A stretch of DNA of 64,000 nucleotides from an uncultured Bacteroidota bacterium (GCA_902598525.1 CACKBZ010000005.1:25502-89501), one strand, 5' to 3'. Positions 37,151 through 47,166 are shown, counted from the stretch's first letter. Notes: a model not told the origin generated them from the letters alone. Made by a program: numbers and translations.

Positions 37151-37596
37151 AACTATACTTACATATATTGATTATTTTAAACTTTCTTTTTTTAAATTTA
37201 ATTTTTTCTCAAGAGGAAAATAGTAAATTTTACATCACAGATCTCAGAGGTGATATCTCTTTAGAGATTAAAATAAATAATCTTGAATCTAACAAAGGAC
37301 CAGTATATATTCGTATTCTTGATGAGAATGAAAATCCAGTAATAGTTGGAACATCAACAGTTATTAATTACTCTGCTGAAATTTCTTTTGACTCAATTTC
37401 TCCTGGAAAATATGCAATTCAGTTTTTTCATGATGAAAATGAAAATCAAAAGATGGATTTTAATCTAATTGGAATACCAAAAGAAAAATTTGGTAGTTCA
37501 AATAATGTAAAACCAATATTAGGTCCACCAAAGTTTGAGAAAATGTTAATTAATTTAAATCAAAATAGGAAAATAATAATTATCCCAGTTAATTAG
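37147..37596 (+). CDS. Secreted DUF2141 family protein
   Basis: Signal peptide, then GPVYIRILDENENPV...FHDENENQKMDFNLIGIPKEKFGSSNN, as I recall for DUF2141. ATGA overlap with the XRE gene. Confidence 0.7.
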   Translation: MKLYLHILIILNFLFLNLIFSQEENSKFYITDLRGDISLEIKINNLESNKGPVYIRILDENENPVIVGTSTVINYSAEISFDSISPGKYAIQFFHDENENQKMDFNLIGIPKEKFGSSNNVKPILGPPKFEKMLINLNQNRKIIIIPVN

Positions 37597-37639
37597 AAAA
37601 TTTTAATGTTAGTATAACACATATTAGTATAAGAAAAAG

Positions 37640-37647
37640 TAATTTTG
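37640..37647 (+). promoter_or_regulatory. Candidate -7 box (TAATTTTG) for the ABC efflux operon
   Basis: Matches TAnnTTTG. It ends 1 nt before the first ATG (37649). A second in-frame ATG is at 37655. Confidence 0.3.
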
Positions 37648-37648
37648 C

Positions 37649-38353
37649 ATGTCTATGATAGAAATTAAAAATTTACATAAATCCTATGAGATAGGTTCTT
37701 CTTCTCTTCATGTATTAAAAGGTATTGACTTTTCTGTTGAAGATGGTGAATTAGTTGCAATAATGGGTTCCTCAGGATCTGGGAAGTCAACACTTTTAAA
37801 TATTCTTGGGATGTTGGATACTTCTGATAATGGAACATATGATCTTGATAAAATTAGAATTGCAAACATGAATGAAAAAAAAGCAGCCAACTACAGAAAT
37901 AAATTTTTAGGATTTGTTTTTCAGTCATTTAATTTAATTAATTATAAAAATGCTCTTGAAAATGTTGCATTGCCACTTTATTATCAGGGTATTTCCAGAA
38001 AAGATAGACAACAAACTGCATTAAATTATTTAGATAAAGTAGGTTTGAAAGATTGGGCTGAACACCTACCAAGTGAATTATCAGGCGGACAAAAACAACG
38101 AGTTGCAATTGCTAGAGCTTTAGCATCAAATCCAAAGGTCCTTTTGGCTGATGAGCCCACTGGAGCTCTCGATTCAAAGACATCAATGGAGGTTATGGCT
38201 CTTATTCAAAAAATTAACAATGAGGGTAAAACTATACTAGTGGTAACTCATGAACATGATATTGCTAAAATGTGTAAAAGAGTAGTTCACTTGAGAGATG
38301 GAGTAATTGTTGAGGATAAAAAAATAAAACAAAATATTATTAAGAATGTTTAA
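37649..38353 (+). CDS. ABC transporter ATP-binding protein (MacB/LolD-type)
   Basis: Walker A GSSGSGKST, signature LSGGQKQRVAIARAL, Walker B LLADEPTGALD. The start may be the ATG at 37655. Confidence 0.93.
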   Translation: MSMIEIKNLHKSYEIGSSSLHVLKGIDFSVEDGELVAIMGSSGSGKSTLLNILGMLDTSDNGTYDLDKIRIANMNEKKAANYRNKFLGFVFQSFNLINYKNALENVALPLYYQGISRKDRQQTALNYLDKVGLKDWAEHLPSELSGGQKQRVAIARALASNPKVLLADEPTGALDSKTSMEVMALIQKINNEGKTILVVTHEHDIAKMCKRVVHLRDGVIVEDKKIKQNIIKNV

Positions 38354-39578
38354 TGTAGAGCGTTGGAGAGAAATTTTTCAGTCTATTCAAAAGAATAAGC
38401 TTAGAACTGCACTCTCAGGTTTTACTGTTTCTCTGGGTATATTGATCTTCATCATTTTATTTGGACTTGGTGAAGGGCTTAAGAATTCTTACAGTGACCT
38501 ATTTTTGAATGAAGCTAATAATGTAATTTTTATTTATCCAGGTAAAACTACTAAACCGTATGGAGGATTTAAAACTAATAGACAAATTGAGCTAAAAAAT
38601 GAAGATGTAGATGCCATTATGGATGAATTTCAAGAGTCTATTGAATATCTTAATCCAAGGCTTTTTGTAAGTGAACCTATTAAATATAAATTAGAATCCT
38701 ACCAATTTGATATCAATGCTGTTGCTCCATCAAATCAACAGATAGAAAAACATGTTTTAATGAAAGGAAGATATATCAACGAAAAAGATATAATTGAAAA
38801 AAATAAAGTTACAACAATCGGTAGGTTAGTTGCGAGAGATATATTTAAAGGAGAAGATCCTTTAGGCAAATTTATTAACCTTGGATCAAGAGCATTTAAA
38901 GTTGTTGGGGTTTTCCAAGATACAAGCGGAGACACTGAGGAAAATAAATTAATTATACCTTATACTACAAGACAACAGATTTTAAAAGGTACAGATGAAA
39001 TAGGTACATTAGCAATTACATTTGATCAAAATATTGGCGGTTCTGGAGCAGTTAAACTTTCAAATAATGTAAAATCACTATTAAAGAAAAGGAAATCAAT
39101 TGATCCATCTGACCCAAGTGGTATTAGAGTAAGAAATGTTGCTGACGAAATCGACAGATCACTTCAATTTGCAAATGCTCTACAAATAATTATAACATTT
39201 GTCGGGATAGGTACATTAATTGCTGGCATCATAGGTATATCTAATATTATGGTTTTTATTGTTAAAGAGAGAACAAAGGAACTTGGAATTAGAAAAGCGT
39301 TAGGTGCTGAGCCTAACGAAATAATTAAAATGATATTGAGTGAATCAATTTTTATAACTACCCTTTCGGGATTTTTTGGAATGATTCTCGGGATTATTGT
39401 ATTGAACTCACTTGACTCAGGAGCTTTACAGGATTACTTTATTACAAGAGCAGGTGTTGACTTTGGAATAGCATTTTTTGCAACTATAATACTAATTGTA
39501 TTTGGTGTAGTTGCAGGATATGTTCCCGCTAAAAGAGCAGCAAGTATAAAACCAATTGTAGCATTACGAGATGAATAA
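38346..39578 (+). CDS. ABC transporter permease, FtsX/MacB-type (paralog 1)
   Basis: N-terminal TM, a large periplasmic domain, and C-terminal FtsX-like TM helices with the KERTKELGIRKALGA motif. Confidence 0.88.
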   Translation: MFNVERWREIFQSIQKNKLRTALSGFTVSLGILIFIILFGLGEGLKNSYSDLFLNEANNVIFIYPGKTTKPYGGFKTNRQIELKNEDVDAIMDEFQESIEYLNPRLFVSEPIKYKLESYQFDINAVAPSNQQIEKHVLMKGRYINEKDIIEKNKVTTIGRLVARDIFKGEDPLGKFINLGSRAFKVVGVFQDTSGDTEENKLIIPYTTRQQILKGTDEIGTLAITFDQNIGGSGAVKLSNNVKSLLKKRKSIDPSDPSGIRVRNVADEIDRSLQFANALQIIITFVGIGTLIAGIIGISNIMVFIVKERTKELGIRKALGAEPNEIIKMILSESIFITTLSGFFGMILGIIVLNSLDSGALQDYFITRAGVDFGIAFFATIILIVFGVVAGYVPAKRAASIKPIVALRDE

Positions 39579-40845
39579 TCTAAAGAAAATATTTGATAGA
39601 GATACATGGGATGAAATTTTTGAATCAATTTCAAAAAATAGGACGAGAACTATAATTACAACTATTGGTGTATTTTGGGGTATTTTTATTTATATAGCAT
39701 TAGCCGGATCAGCTAAAGGACTTGAGAATGGCTTTGATGAGGCATTTAGTGGACTCAGTAAAAACTCAATGGGAATTTGGGTTCAATCTACTACTATTCC
39801 ATACAAGGGATTCGAAGAGGGTAGGTTTCCAATCTTTGAACTTTCAGATGTTGATTATTTAAGAGATCGAATACCAGAGATCCAATTTATATCACCTGGA
39901 CTACAGGCGGGTGCTTTTAGTGGTTCACCTCCATTAGTCGTTAGAGGATTAAAATCGGATAATTTTAATTTATTTGGAAATTATCCAGATCAAGCAAAAA
40001 TATCAGTTATTAAGATTTACGACGGAGGAAGATATATTAATGATGATGATATTAGGTTTGAAAGAAAAGTTGCAGTTATTGGTGAAGGAACTCAAGAAAG
40101 GCTTTTTGATCAGGATGAAGATCCAATCGGAAAGTATATAAGAATAAATGATATTAATTTCAAAGTAATAGGTGTTGAGAGGTTTACTGAAGGATCTGGA
40201 TTTGGAACGGACTCTGATATTACAATACCATATTCAACATTTGCTAAAATTTATAATCGAGGAGACAAATTTGGATTTATGTTTATATCGGGATATGATT
40301 ATGTTAATCCAAATTACTTAGAAGAAACAATAAAAGAAAATTTAAAAATTAGAAAAGTTGTTCACCCGGAGGATAATAAGGCATTTGGATCATTTAATAT
40401 CGGCTCATTATTTGAAAGCATAATAAAATTTACCAGGGGAATGGTATTTCTCTCTCTTGTTGTTGGAATTGCTACAATTTTTGCAGGAGTTATAGGTATA
40501 GGAAATATCATGTTAATTGCTGTTAAAGAAAGAACAAATGAGCTTGGAATTAGAAGAGCCTTAGGAGCTACTCCTGGGGAGGTAAAGGTTCAAATTGTAC
40601 TAGAATCTGTCTTCCTGACTATTATTGCTGGAATAATTGGAATTATTGTTGGAGCTTTTCTTTTATTTATAATTAATATTGGAACATCTGGTTTAGAAGA
40701 TTTTCCATTTACAAACCCAACTGTTCCTATAACAATTGTTTCCGGAGCATTTATAACTATGATAACACTTGGAACATTAATTGGTTTAATACCAGCGGAA
40801 AGAGCTGTAAGTATTAAGCCAATTGAAGCTCTTAGAGAAGAATAA
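39571..40845 (+). CDS. ABC transporter permease, FtsX/MacB-type (paralog 2)
   Basis: Same architecture as paralog 1, with the motif KERTNELGIRRALGA. Confidence 0.88.
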   Translation: MNNLKKIFDRDTWDEIFESISKNRTRTIITTIGVFWGIFIYIALAGSAKGLENGFDEAFSGLSKNSMGIWVQSTTIPYKGFEEGRFPIFELSDVDYLRDRIPEIQFISPGLQAGAFSGSPPLVVRGLKSDNFNLFGNYPDQAKISVIKIYDGGRYINDDDIRFERKVAVIGEGTQERLFDQDEDPIGKYIRINDINFKVIGVERFTEGSGFGTDSDITIPYSTFAKIYNRGDKFGFMFISGYDYVNPNYLEETIKENLKIRKVVHPEDNKAFGSFNIGSLFESIIKFTRGMVFLSLVVGIATIFAGVIGIGNIMLIAVKERTNELGIRRALGATPGEVKVQIVLESVFLTIIAGIIGIIVGAFLLFIINIGTSGLEDFPFTNPTVPITIVSGAFITMITLGTLIGLIPAERAVSIKPIEALREE

Positions 40846-40863
40846 ATAACTAAATAACTAATA

Positions 40864-42000
40864 ATGAAACTAAAAAATATATTAATCATTTTACTAATCT
40901 TAGGATTTTTGTTTGCTATAGCCTATTTTGTCAGAACTAATAGCACATCATCCATTGAATATGATACTTCGTCTCCATTTATCTCAAGTATTCAGAAAAC
41001 TTCTGTAGTAACAGGAACAGTTATACCTGAAGATGAAGTTGATATTAAACCTCAATTAAATGGAATAATTGATAATATCTTGGTTGAGGAGGGAGATATT
41101 GTTGAAATTGGCCAATTAATCGCAATAATTAAGGTTGTTCCAGACGAAAGATCTGTTTATGGAGCAAGAGCTCAAGTCACTGCGGCAAGATTAACAGTAC
41201 AAAATGCCGAAAGACAAATTAAAAGAGCAAAAGAATTATTCGAAAAACAAATAATTTCTCAACAAGACTATGAAGACGCCGAACTTAACTATAATACTGC
41301 AAAAGAAAACTTAATAGCTGCACAAAATGATCTGGAAATTCTAAGGAAAGGGTCGGTAGCTGGATCTTCAACAGCTAATACTAATATTAGAGCTACAGTT
41401 TCAGGAACAATTTTAGAAATTCCTGTAAAATTAGGAGATCAGGTTATCGCTGCTAATAATTTTAATGAAGGTACCTCTGTTGCAATTATTGCAGATCTAA
41501 ATGAAATGATTTTTGAGGGTCAAGTTGACGAGGCAGAAGTTGGTAAGTTAGAATTGGGTCAGTCTCTAAAAGTTAATATGGCTGCAATTCCAGGCAGGGA
41601 ATTTGATGCAATACTAAAATTTGTTGCTCCTAAAGGAACAGAGCAGGGAGGAGCTGTACAGTTCAAAATTGAGGCTGATCTAACTCTTGACGAAGATACA
41701 TTTGTAAGAGCTGGTTATAGTGCAAATGGATCTTTAGTTGTTGAGAATAAGCAAGAGATCATGGTAATTGCAGAGGCACTTCTACAGTTTGACAGAAGGA
41801 CTCAACTACCTTATGTTGAAGTTGAAATTTCAGATCAAAATTTTGAAAGAAGAGATGTAACTACTGGACTATCTGATGGAATTAAAGTTGAAATATTATC
41901 TGGAGTTTCAATGGATGATAAAATAAAAATTTGGAACAAAACTGAACCTATAAAAATTGAACCAGAGGAATCTGCGTTTGATCAATTTAGAGAGGACTAA
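40864..42000 (+). CDS. Efflux periplasmic adaptor subunit (HlyD/MacA family)
   Basis: TM anchor, lipoyl-like segment (VEEGDIVEIGQLIAIIK), coiled-coil hairpin and beta-barrel domain. Confidence 0.88.
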   Translation: MKLKNILIILLILGFLFAIAYFVRTNSTSSIEYDTSSPFISSIQKTSVVTGTVIPEDEVDIKPQLNGIIDNILVEEGDIVEIGQLIAIIKVVPDERSVYGARAQVTAARLTVQNAERQIKRAKELFEKQIISQQDYEDAELNYNTAKENLIAAQNDLEILRKGSVAGSSTANTNIRATVSGTILEIPVKLGDQVIAANNFNEGTSVAIIADLNEMIFEGQVDEAEVGKLELGQSLKVNMAAIPGREFDAILKFVAPKGTEQGGAVQFKIEADLTLDEDTFVRAGYSANGSLVVENKQEIMVIAEALLQFDRRTQLPYVEVEISDQNFERRDVTTGLSDGIKVEILSGVSMDDKIKIWNKTEPIKIEPEESAFDQFRED

Positions 42001-42010
42001 AAAAAAAATT

Positions 42011-43342
42011 ATGATTAAAAAGAATATATTATTTGCATTTTTTATTTCAACTATTGCATTTTCTCAAGTAGATAATAACATTATTTCTCTTCAAGATGCA
42101 ATCGACATTGCATTAGAAAAAAATATTAATATTAAGCAATCAGAACTAAATCTTGATAATTCCGAATTGGGAAGATCTGATGCAATTGGAAATTTTCTCC
42201 CAACAATTGGGGCATCAGCAAACCATCAATGGAATGTTGGTAGAGGTATAAATGTTACTACAAATATTATAGAGGAAATAACTACTCAGTTTTCATCAGC
42301 TACTGCTTCCATAGGTCTTCCTATTTATAATGGATCTAGAAATGTGAATCAATTGCATCGAGCTAATCTTGAAATACTTGCTTCAAAATATCAGCTTGAA
42401 GATATCAAGGATGATGTAAAGTTATTTGTAGCCAATTCCTATTTACAAATTATGTTTAATAAAGAAATACTAAAGGTTCAAAAATCTCAACTTGAAATTA
42501 CTAAAGTTGAATATGAGAGAACTCAAGATTTAATTGATTCAGGTATTTTTTCACCAAGACAAATTTTTGAAATAGAGGCAAACCTTGCATCCCAAGAACA
42601 AAGTGTTGTTCAAGCAGAGAATAATTTAAGAGATGCAAAGTTAAACCTTGCTCAGGTCCTTCTTCTCGACGATTATGAAAATTTTGATATTGCAAATGAG
42701 GATTTTAGCATACCTTTTTCTGATATTCTTGAGAACTCACCAAAAGAAATTTTTGAAAAAGCCAAAACATTTAGAAATGATATAAAATTAGCTGAAACAA
42801 ACATATCTATAGCTGAAAAAGATATTCAGATTTCAAAATCTTTTAGACTGCCTTCTATAACATCTTTTTATTCATGGAACACTAGAATTTCGTATGTAGA
42901 TAATTTACCCAGTTTTAATGACCAATTTGATCTTAATAAAGGGCAGACATATGGTTTTGGAATTAATATACCAATCTTTCAGGGAAGAGCTATATCCAAT
43001 AATATTCAAAGAACAAAAATAAATTTAGAGAGGTTAAAATTCCAATATGAGCAGGAAAAACTTAATCTAGAAAATACAGTTTATCAGGCTTATAATGATT
43101 TGGTTGGTGCTATCAAATTATATGAAGCATCTAATAAAACTGTCAAATCTCTTAAAAGTGCATTTGAAGATGCAACAGATAGATATTTACTTGGATCTTT
43201 AAATTCTTTTGACTTTATCCAATCAAAGCAAGCATATGAGGCATCTGTTTCAGAAAATATTAGAGCTAAATTTGATTATATTTTTAGATTAAAAGTCCTA
43301 GAATTTTATTTTGGATTACCATTATCAGTTCCACAGTATTAG
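42011..43342 (+). CDS. TolC-family outer membrane efflux protein
   Basis: Signal peptide MIKKNILFAFFISTIAFSQ and a two-repeat TolC-like coiled-coil/beta layout. The track start at 41957 lies inside the adaptor gene. Confidence 0.88.
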   Translation: MIKKNILFAFFISTIAFSQVDNNIISLQDAIDIALEKNINIKQSELNLDNSELGRSDAIGNFLPTIGASANHQWNVGRGINVTTNIIEEITTQFSSATASIGLPIYNGSRNVNQLHRANLEILASKYQLEDIKDDVKLFVANSYLQIMFNKEILKVQKSQLEITKVEYERTQDLIDSGIFSPRQIFEIEANLASQEQSVVQAENNLRDAKLNLAQVLLLDDYENFDIANEDFSIPFSDILENSPKEIFEKAKTFRNDIKLAETNISIAEKDIQISKSFRLPSITSFYSWNTRISYVDNLPSFNDQFDLNKGQTYGFGINIPIFQGRAISNNIQRTKINLERLKFQYEQEKLNLENTVYQAYNDLVGAIKLYEASNKTVKSLKSAFEDATDRYLLGSLNSFDFIQSKQAYEASVSENIRAKFDYIFRLKVLEFYFGLPLSVPQY

Positions 43343-43354
43343 TAATATATTAAG

Positions 43355-44014
43355 ATGTCGTTAATTTTAAATATAGAGACATCAAGCAAAAACTGCTCTA
43401 TTTCACTATCGTTAAAAGGGAAGTTATTATCAAACCTTGATATAGAGGAGGATAAATTTAAACATAGTGAACTACTAACTACATCTATTAGAGATATTCT
43501 TAATCAAAATAAATTTAATGTTAATGATCTTTCTGCTGTTGCGATAGGAACAGGTCCTGGATCTTTTACTGGATTAAGAATTGGTTTTTCGGTTGCTAAA
43601 GGATTATGTTACCCTCATAAAATTAGTTTAATTGGAATTCCATCATTAAAAATATTAGCTAATTCAGTTAACGAGGATAATAAATTTATTATTCCTATGA
43701 TTAGAGACAAAGGTGAGTTTTTTTATACAACTATTTATAATAATGAATTAAATGAGATAATAGAACCAAAGGTTGAAAAAATTAGCAATGGTTTTCTAGA
43801 TAAATATTCTGATTTAAACTATTCTGTATTAACAAATACAAAGGAATCATTTGAATATATTAAGTCCTTGAATAATTCTAACCTAGAATTAAGAAAAGAA
43901 ACATTATCATCTCTAAATATGATTGAACTATCTTATGAATCATTCTTAGAGAAAAGATTTGAAGATTTAGCTTATTTTGAGCCTTTTTATATAAAAAAGC
44001 CTTATGTGTTCTAA
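43355..44014 (+). CDS. tsaB: tRNA t6A37 biosynthesis protein TsaB
   Basis: ILNIETSSKNCSISL..., AVAIGTGPGSFTGLRIGFSVAKGL. Confidence 0.9.
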   Translation: MSLILNIETSSKNCSISLSLKGKLLSNLDIEEDKFKHSELLTTSIRDILNQNKFNVNDLSAVAIGTGPGSFTGLRIGFSVAKGLCYPHKISLIGIPSLKILANSVNEDNKFIIPMIRDKGEFFYTTIYNNELNEIIEPKVEKISNGFLDKYSDLNYSVLTNTKESFEYIKSLNNSNLELRKETLSSLNMIELSYESFLEKRFEDLAYFEPFYIKKPYVF

Positions 44015-44024
44015 TTTATAAAAT

Positions 44025-44531
44025 TTAGAATCCTAGCTCTCTCTTAACATCTTCTATCAGATCTTTACCTTCTGCAAGTATAAGCCCTCCATTTGGACTA
44101 GAATCTATTACATAGTTAAAGCCTTGTTCTTTTCCTACTTTAGTAATGGCATTTCTTGCTTTCTCTAGAAGAGGAGTCATAAGATCCATTTGTTTTTTTT
44201 GTAATTCTTGAGCAGCTGAGTCTCTAAACTCTTGTAAATTAGTCTGCATACTTTCAAGTTCTTTTTGCCTTGCCTGATTTGTTACATCAGTTTGATTTGC
44301 AGCATCTGCAGAATAAGATTGAGCTTTCGTCTGAAATTCTTTAAAAGCATTATCAATTTGGGTTGTATAATCTTTTTCAAGTTTTGCTAACTCATTTTGA
44401 GCAGCAACAACTTCAGGCATTTCACTTATTAATTGTTGAACATTTATATGAGCAACATTAGATTGAGCAAAAACAGTCAGTGGTGCTAAAGTTAAAAAAG
44501 CAACCGTAATTAATTTTAATATTGATTTCAT
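44025..44531 (-). CDS. OmpH/Skp family periplasmic chaperone
   Basis: Signal peptide and a Q/E/K-rich coiled-coil body, directly downstream of bamA. Confidence 0.85.
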   Translation of the reverse strand: MKSILKLITVAFLTLAPLTVFAQSNVAHINVQQLISEMPEVVAAQNELAKLEKDYTTQIDNAFKEFQTKAQSYSADAANQTDVTNQARQKELESMQTNLQEFRDSAAQELQKKQMDLMTPLLEKARNAITKVGKEQGFNYVIDSSPNGGLILAEGKDLIEDVKRELGF

Positions 44532-44583
44532 AATCTATAAAATATTTCGATTTGCAATATCGTAATTTTTATTCAAATATTAG

Positions 44584-47166
44584 TTAAAATTGTTGACCTA
44601 TTACAAAGTGAGTATGCCATCCAGAGGTTCCTCCACTACTTGAAATATTCGCACTATCAAATCCATAACCAAAATCAATTCCAAGAAGACCAAATGCAGG
44701 CATAAATATCCTTACTCCAACACCAGCAGATCTTTTTAAGTCGAAAGGACTATAATCTTTAAAATTATCAAACCCATTACCAGCCTCCAAGAAACTTAAC
44801 GCAAATACCGAAGCAGAGGGTTTTAAGCTAATAGGATAACGGAGCTCAAGAGAGAATTTATTATAAATTATAGACCCATCCCTGCTCGATAAAGATTGGT
44901 TCTCATAACCCCTTAAAGCAATTGTTTCTCTCCCATCCAAGGCATATTGCATCATTCCATCACCTCCAAGGAAAAACCTTTCAAAAGGGATATTACCTTT
45001 GTTTTTATTATAAGTTCCTAAAAATCCAAAGTCAGTTTGAGCTTTTAAAACAAATTTTCCAAACAATCTTGTATACCAGCTTCCGTCAAATTTAATCTTA
45101 TAGAATTCCAACCATCTAAATTTTGCCTGATCAATTTCTGACTGAATTGGATTGCCATTTCTATCAAGATATTCAGGTCTTTGTTCAACATCTGAAAAAT
45201 CATCACCAGTTATTAATGAATATGGCGGAGAAAATCTAGCAGTTAGACTGAAGTTTGATCCACCAACTGGAAAAATAGGATTAGTAAAAGTATTATTTCT
45301 AGATAGTGCAATATTATATGCAATATTGTGTGACTCACCATTACCAAAAGTAAAAAGTCCAGTAAAATAATTTTTTAGATTATAATACTGGTATGATATT
45401 GATTGAGATAAAACAAAATAATCATCAGGAACTCTAAGTCTTTTGGCTATTCCAAGGTTAAACCCTTTTATTTGAAAAGATTGACTTTTGTCAGCTCTTC
45501 TTGTAAAATAATCATATCTGTACTGAGTAGTTGAGGATAGTGAAACAGAAAATTGTACAGGTTCTCTACCTCCAAACCAAGGTTCAACAAAACTAAAGCT
45601 GGTTGTACTGTAGAATGAGCTTGTTTGAAGTCTTACAGCAAATGTTTGTCCATCACCACTTGGGAACGGTCTCCAAGCTTTTCTATTCCTAATATTTTTT
45701 ACTGAAAAGTTATTGAAAGCTACACCAAAAGTACCCATGAATCCACCACCACCGTATCCACCTTGAAGCTCTAGTTGACTAGCGCCAGATTCAACTAAAC
45801 CAAGTTCAATATCAACAGTTCCAAGATTAGGATCAACATTCTTAAAATCTGGACTGATTTGTTCTGCATCAAAAAAACCAAGTTGCCCAACTTCACGAAT
45901 TGTTCTTACTACTTTATCCTTGCTGTAGAGTTCACCGGGTTTAATCCTTAATTCCCTATAAATTACGTTATCATTAGTTTTGGTATTTCCAACTACAGAA
46001 ATTTTATTAAAACTAGCAAGTTTTCCCTCATTAATTCTAATTTCAAAATCAATAGTATCATTTTCAGCACTTACCTCAACTGCATTAATAGATGAAAATA
46101 AATATCCATTGTTTTGATATAGGTTAGATATATCATTAGCATCTGGATTATCATCTTGTATCCTTTCTTTAAGTAGTACACCATTATAAGTATCGCCTTT
46201 TTGAATACCAAGAATTTGATCAAGTTGAAATTTTGCATATGAACTATTTCCAATATAATTTATGTCACCAAAATAATACTTGTTACCTTCCTCTACATTC
46301 AAATTAATATCTACTGTTTTTTCGTCATTTGAGATAACTGTATCAAAACGAATCAGAGCATCTCTGTATCCTTTCTCCTTATAAAATGCAACTATATTTT
46401 CCTTATCTTCAATGTAGTCTGTATCAATAAGTTTAGATTTTTTCCAAAATCGAAGTGGAAATTTTCTCTTTGTCTTCTTTAACTTAGATCTTAACTTCGC
46501 ATCACTATATATGTCATTACCTGAAAAGTTTATATTTCTTATTTTAATTCTCTCACCTTTATCAATATTTATATTAAGATTAACTTTATTAGAACCAATT
46601 GAATCCGGGACTGTAATAAGTTTAACTTCTGAGTTTAAAAATCCATCTTTTTTAAGCTCATCCCTGATATAATTTTTTGTATTCGTAAGAAAACTTTCGG
46701 ATAACCTTTTACCCTCAGACAATTCAGTCTCTTCAATGTAAGTTTCAGCTTTATTCTTTTTAACACCATTAACTTTAAAATTTAATAGTGTTGGTAATTC
46801 TTCCACACTAATCTCTAATTTGATAGCTCCATCTTTAATATCTGTAATATATAGGTCAACATTGCTAAATAGCTCTAGATTCCATAGCTTCTTTAAAATT
46901 GTGCTAATCTCTTCCCCTGGCATCTGTATAGACTGCCCCTCTCTTAAACCACTATAAGTTACAACTGTTCTATCACTAAAATTTTCAAGTCCAACCACGG
47001 TTATAGTATCTATCACATAGGTCCCCCCCTTCCTGTAAACATCTTGAGAATATATCATTCCTGATGCTAAAAGGAGCACAGTAATAGTTTTATAGATTAT
47101 TGATCTAAAGTTGTTTACTAGTTTTTCCAAATCTTCTCTCTCTTTTTTGATATTCGATAATTGCAT
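44584..47166 (-). CDS. bamA: Outer membrane protein assembly factor BamA
   Basis: POTRA repeats followed by an Omp85 beta-barrel ending ...GWHTHFVIGQQF. The start is uncertain: ATG at 47166 or TTG at 47130. Both overlap the uppS 3' end, and the signal peptide IIYKTITVLLLASGMIYSQ must be included. Confidence 0.9.
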   Translation of the reverse strand: MQLSNIKKEREDLEKLVNNFRSIIYKTITVLLLASGMIYSQDVYRKGGTYVIDTITVVGLENFSDRTVVTYSGLREGQSIQMPGEEISTILKKLWNLELFSNVDLYITDIKDGAIKLEISVEELPTLLNFKVNGVKKNKAETYIEETELSEGKRLSESFLTNTKNYIRDELKKDGFLNSEVKLITVPDSIGSNKVNLNINIDKGERIKIRNINFSGNDIYSDAKLRSKLKKTKRKFPLRFWKKSKLIDTDYIEDKENIVAFYKEKGYRDALIRFDTVISNDEKTVDINLNVEEGNKYYFGDINYIGNSSYAKFQLDQILGIQKGDTYNGVLLKERIQDDNPDANDISNLYQNNGYLFSSINAVEVSAENDTIDFEIRINEGKLASFNKISVVGNTKTNDNVIYRELRIKPGELYSKDKVVRTIREVGQLGFFDAEQISPDFKNVDPNLGTVDIELGLVESGASQLELQGGYGGGGFMGTFGVAFNNFSVKNIRNRKAWRPFPSGDGQTFAVRLQTSSFYSTTSFSFVEPWFGGREPVQFSVSLSSTTQYRYDYFTRRADKSQSFQIKGFNLGIAKRLRVPDDYFVLSQSISYQYYNLKNYFTGLFTFGNGESHNIAYNIALSRNNTFTNPIFPVGGSNFSLTARFSPPYSLITGDDFSDVEQRPEYLDRNGNPIQSEIDQAKFRWLEFYKIKFDGSWYTRLFGKFVLKAQTDFGFLGTYNKNKGNIPFERFFLGGDGMMQYALDGRETIALRGYENQSLSSRDGSIIYNKFSLELRYPISLKPSASVFALSFLEAGNGFDNFKDYSPFDLKRSAGVGVRIFMPAFGLLGIDFGYGFDSANISSSGGTSGWHTHFVIGQQF

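Noticed and set aside
44532-44583. Partial palindrome CGATTTGCAATATCG between bamA and skp.
   Set aside because: Only 5 of 7 arm positions pair, it is short and AT-rich, and the spacer is an ordinary intra-operon gap.
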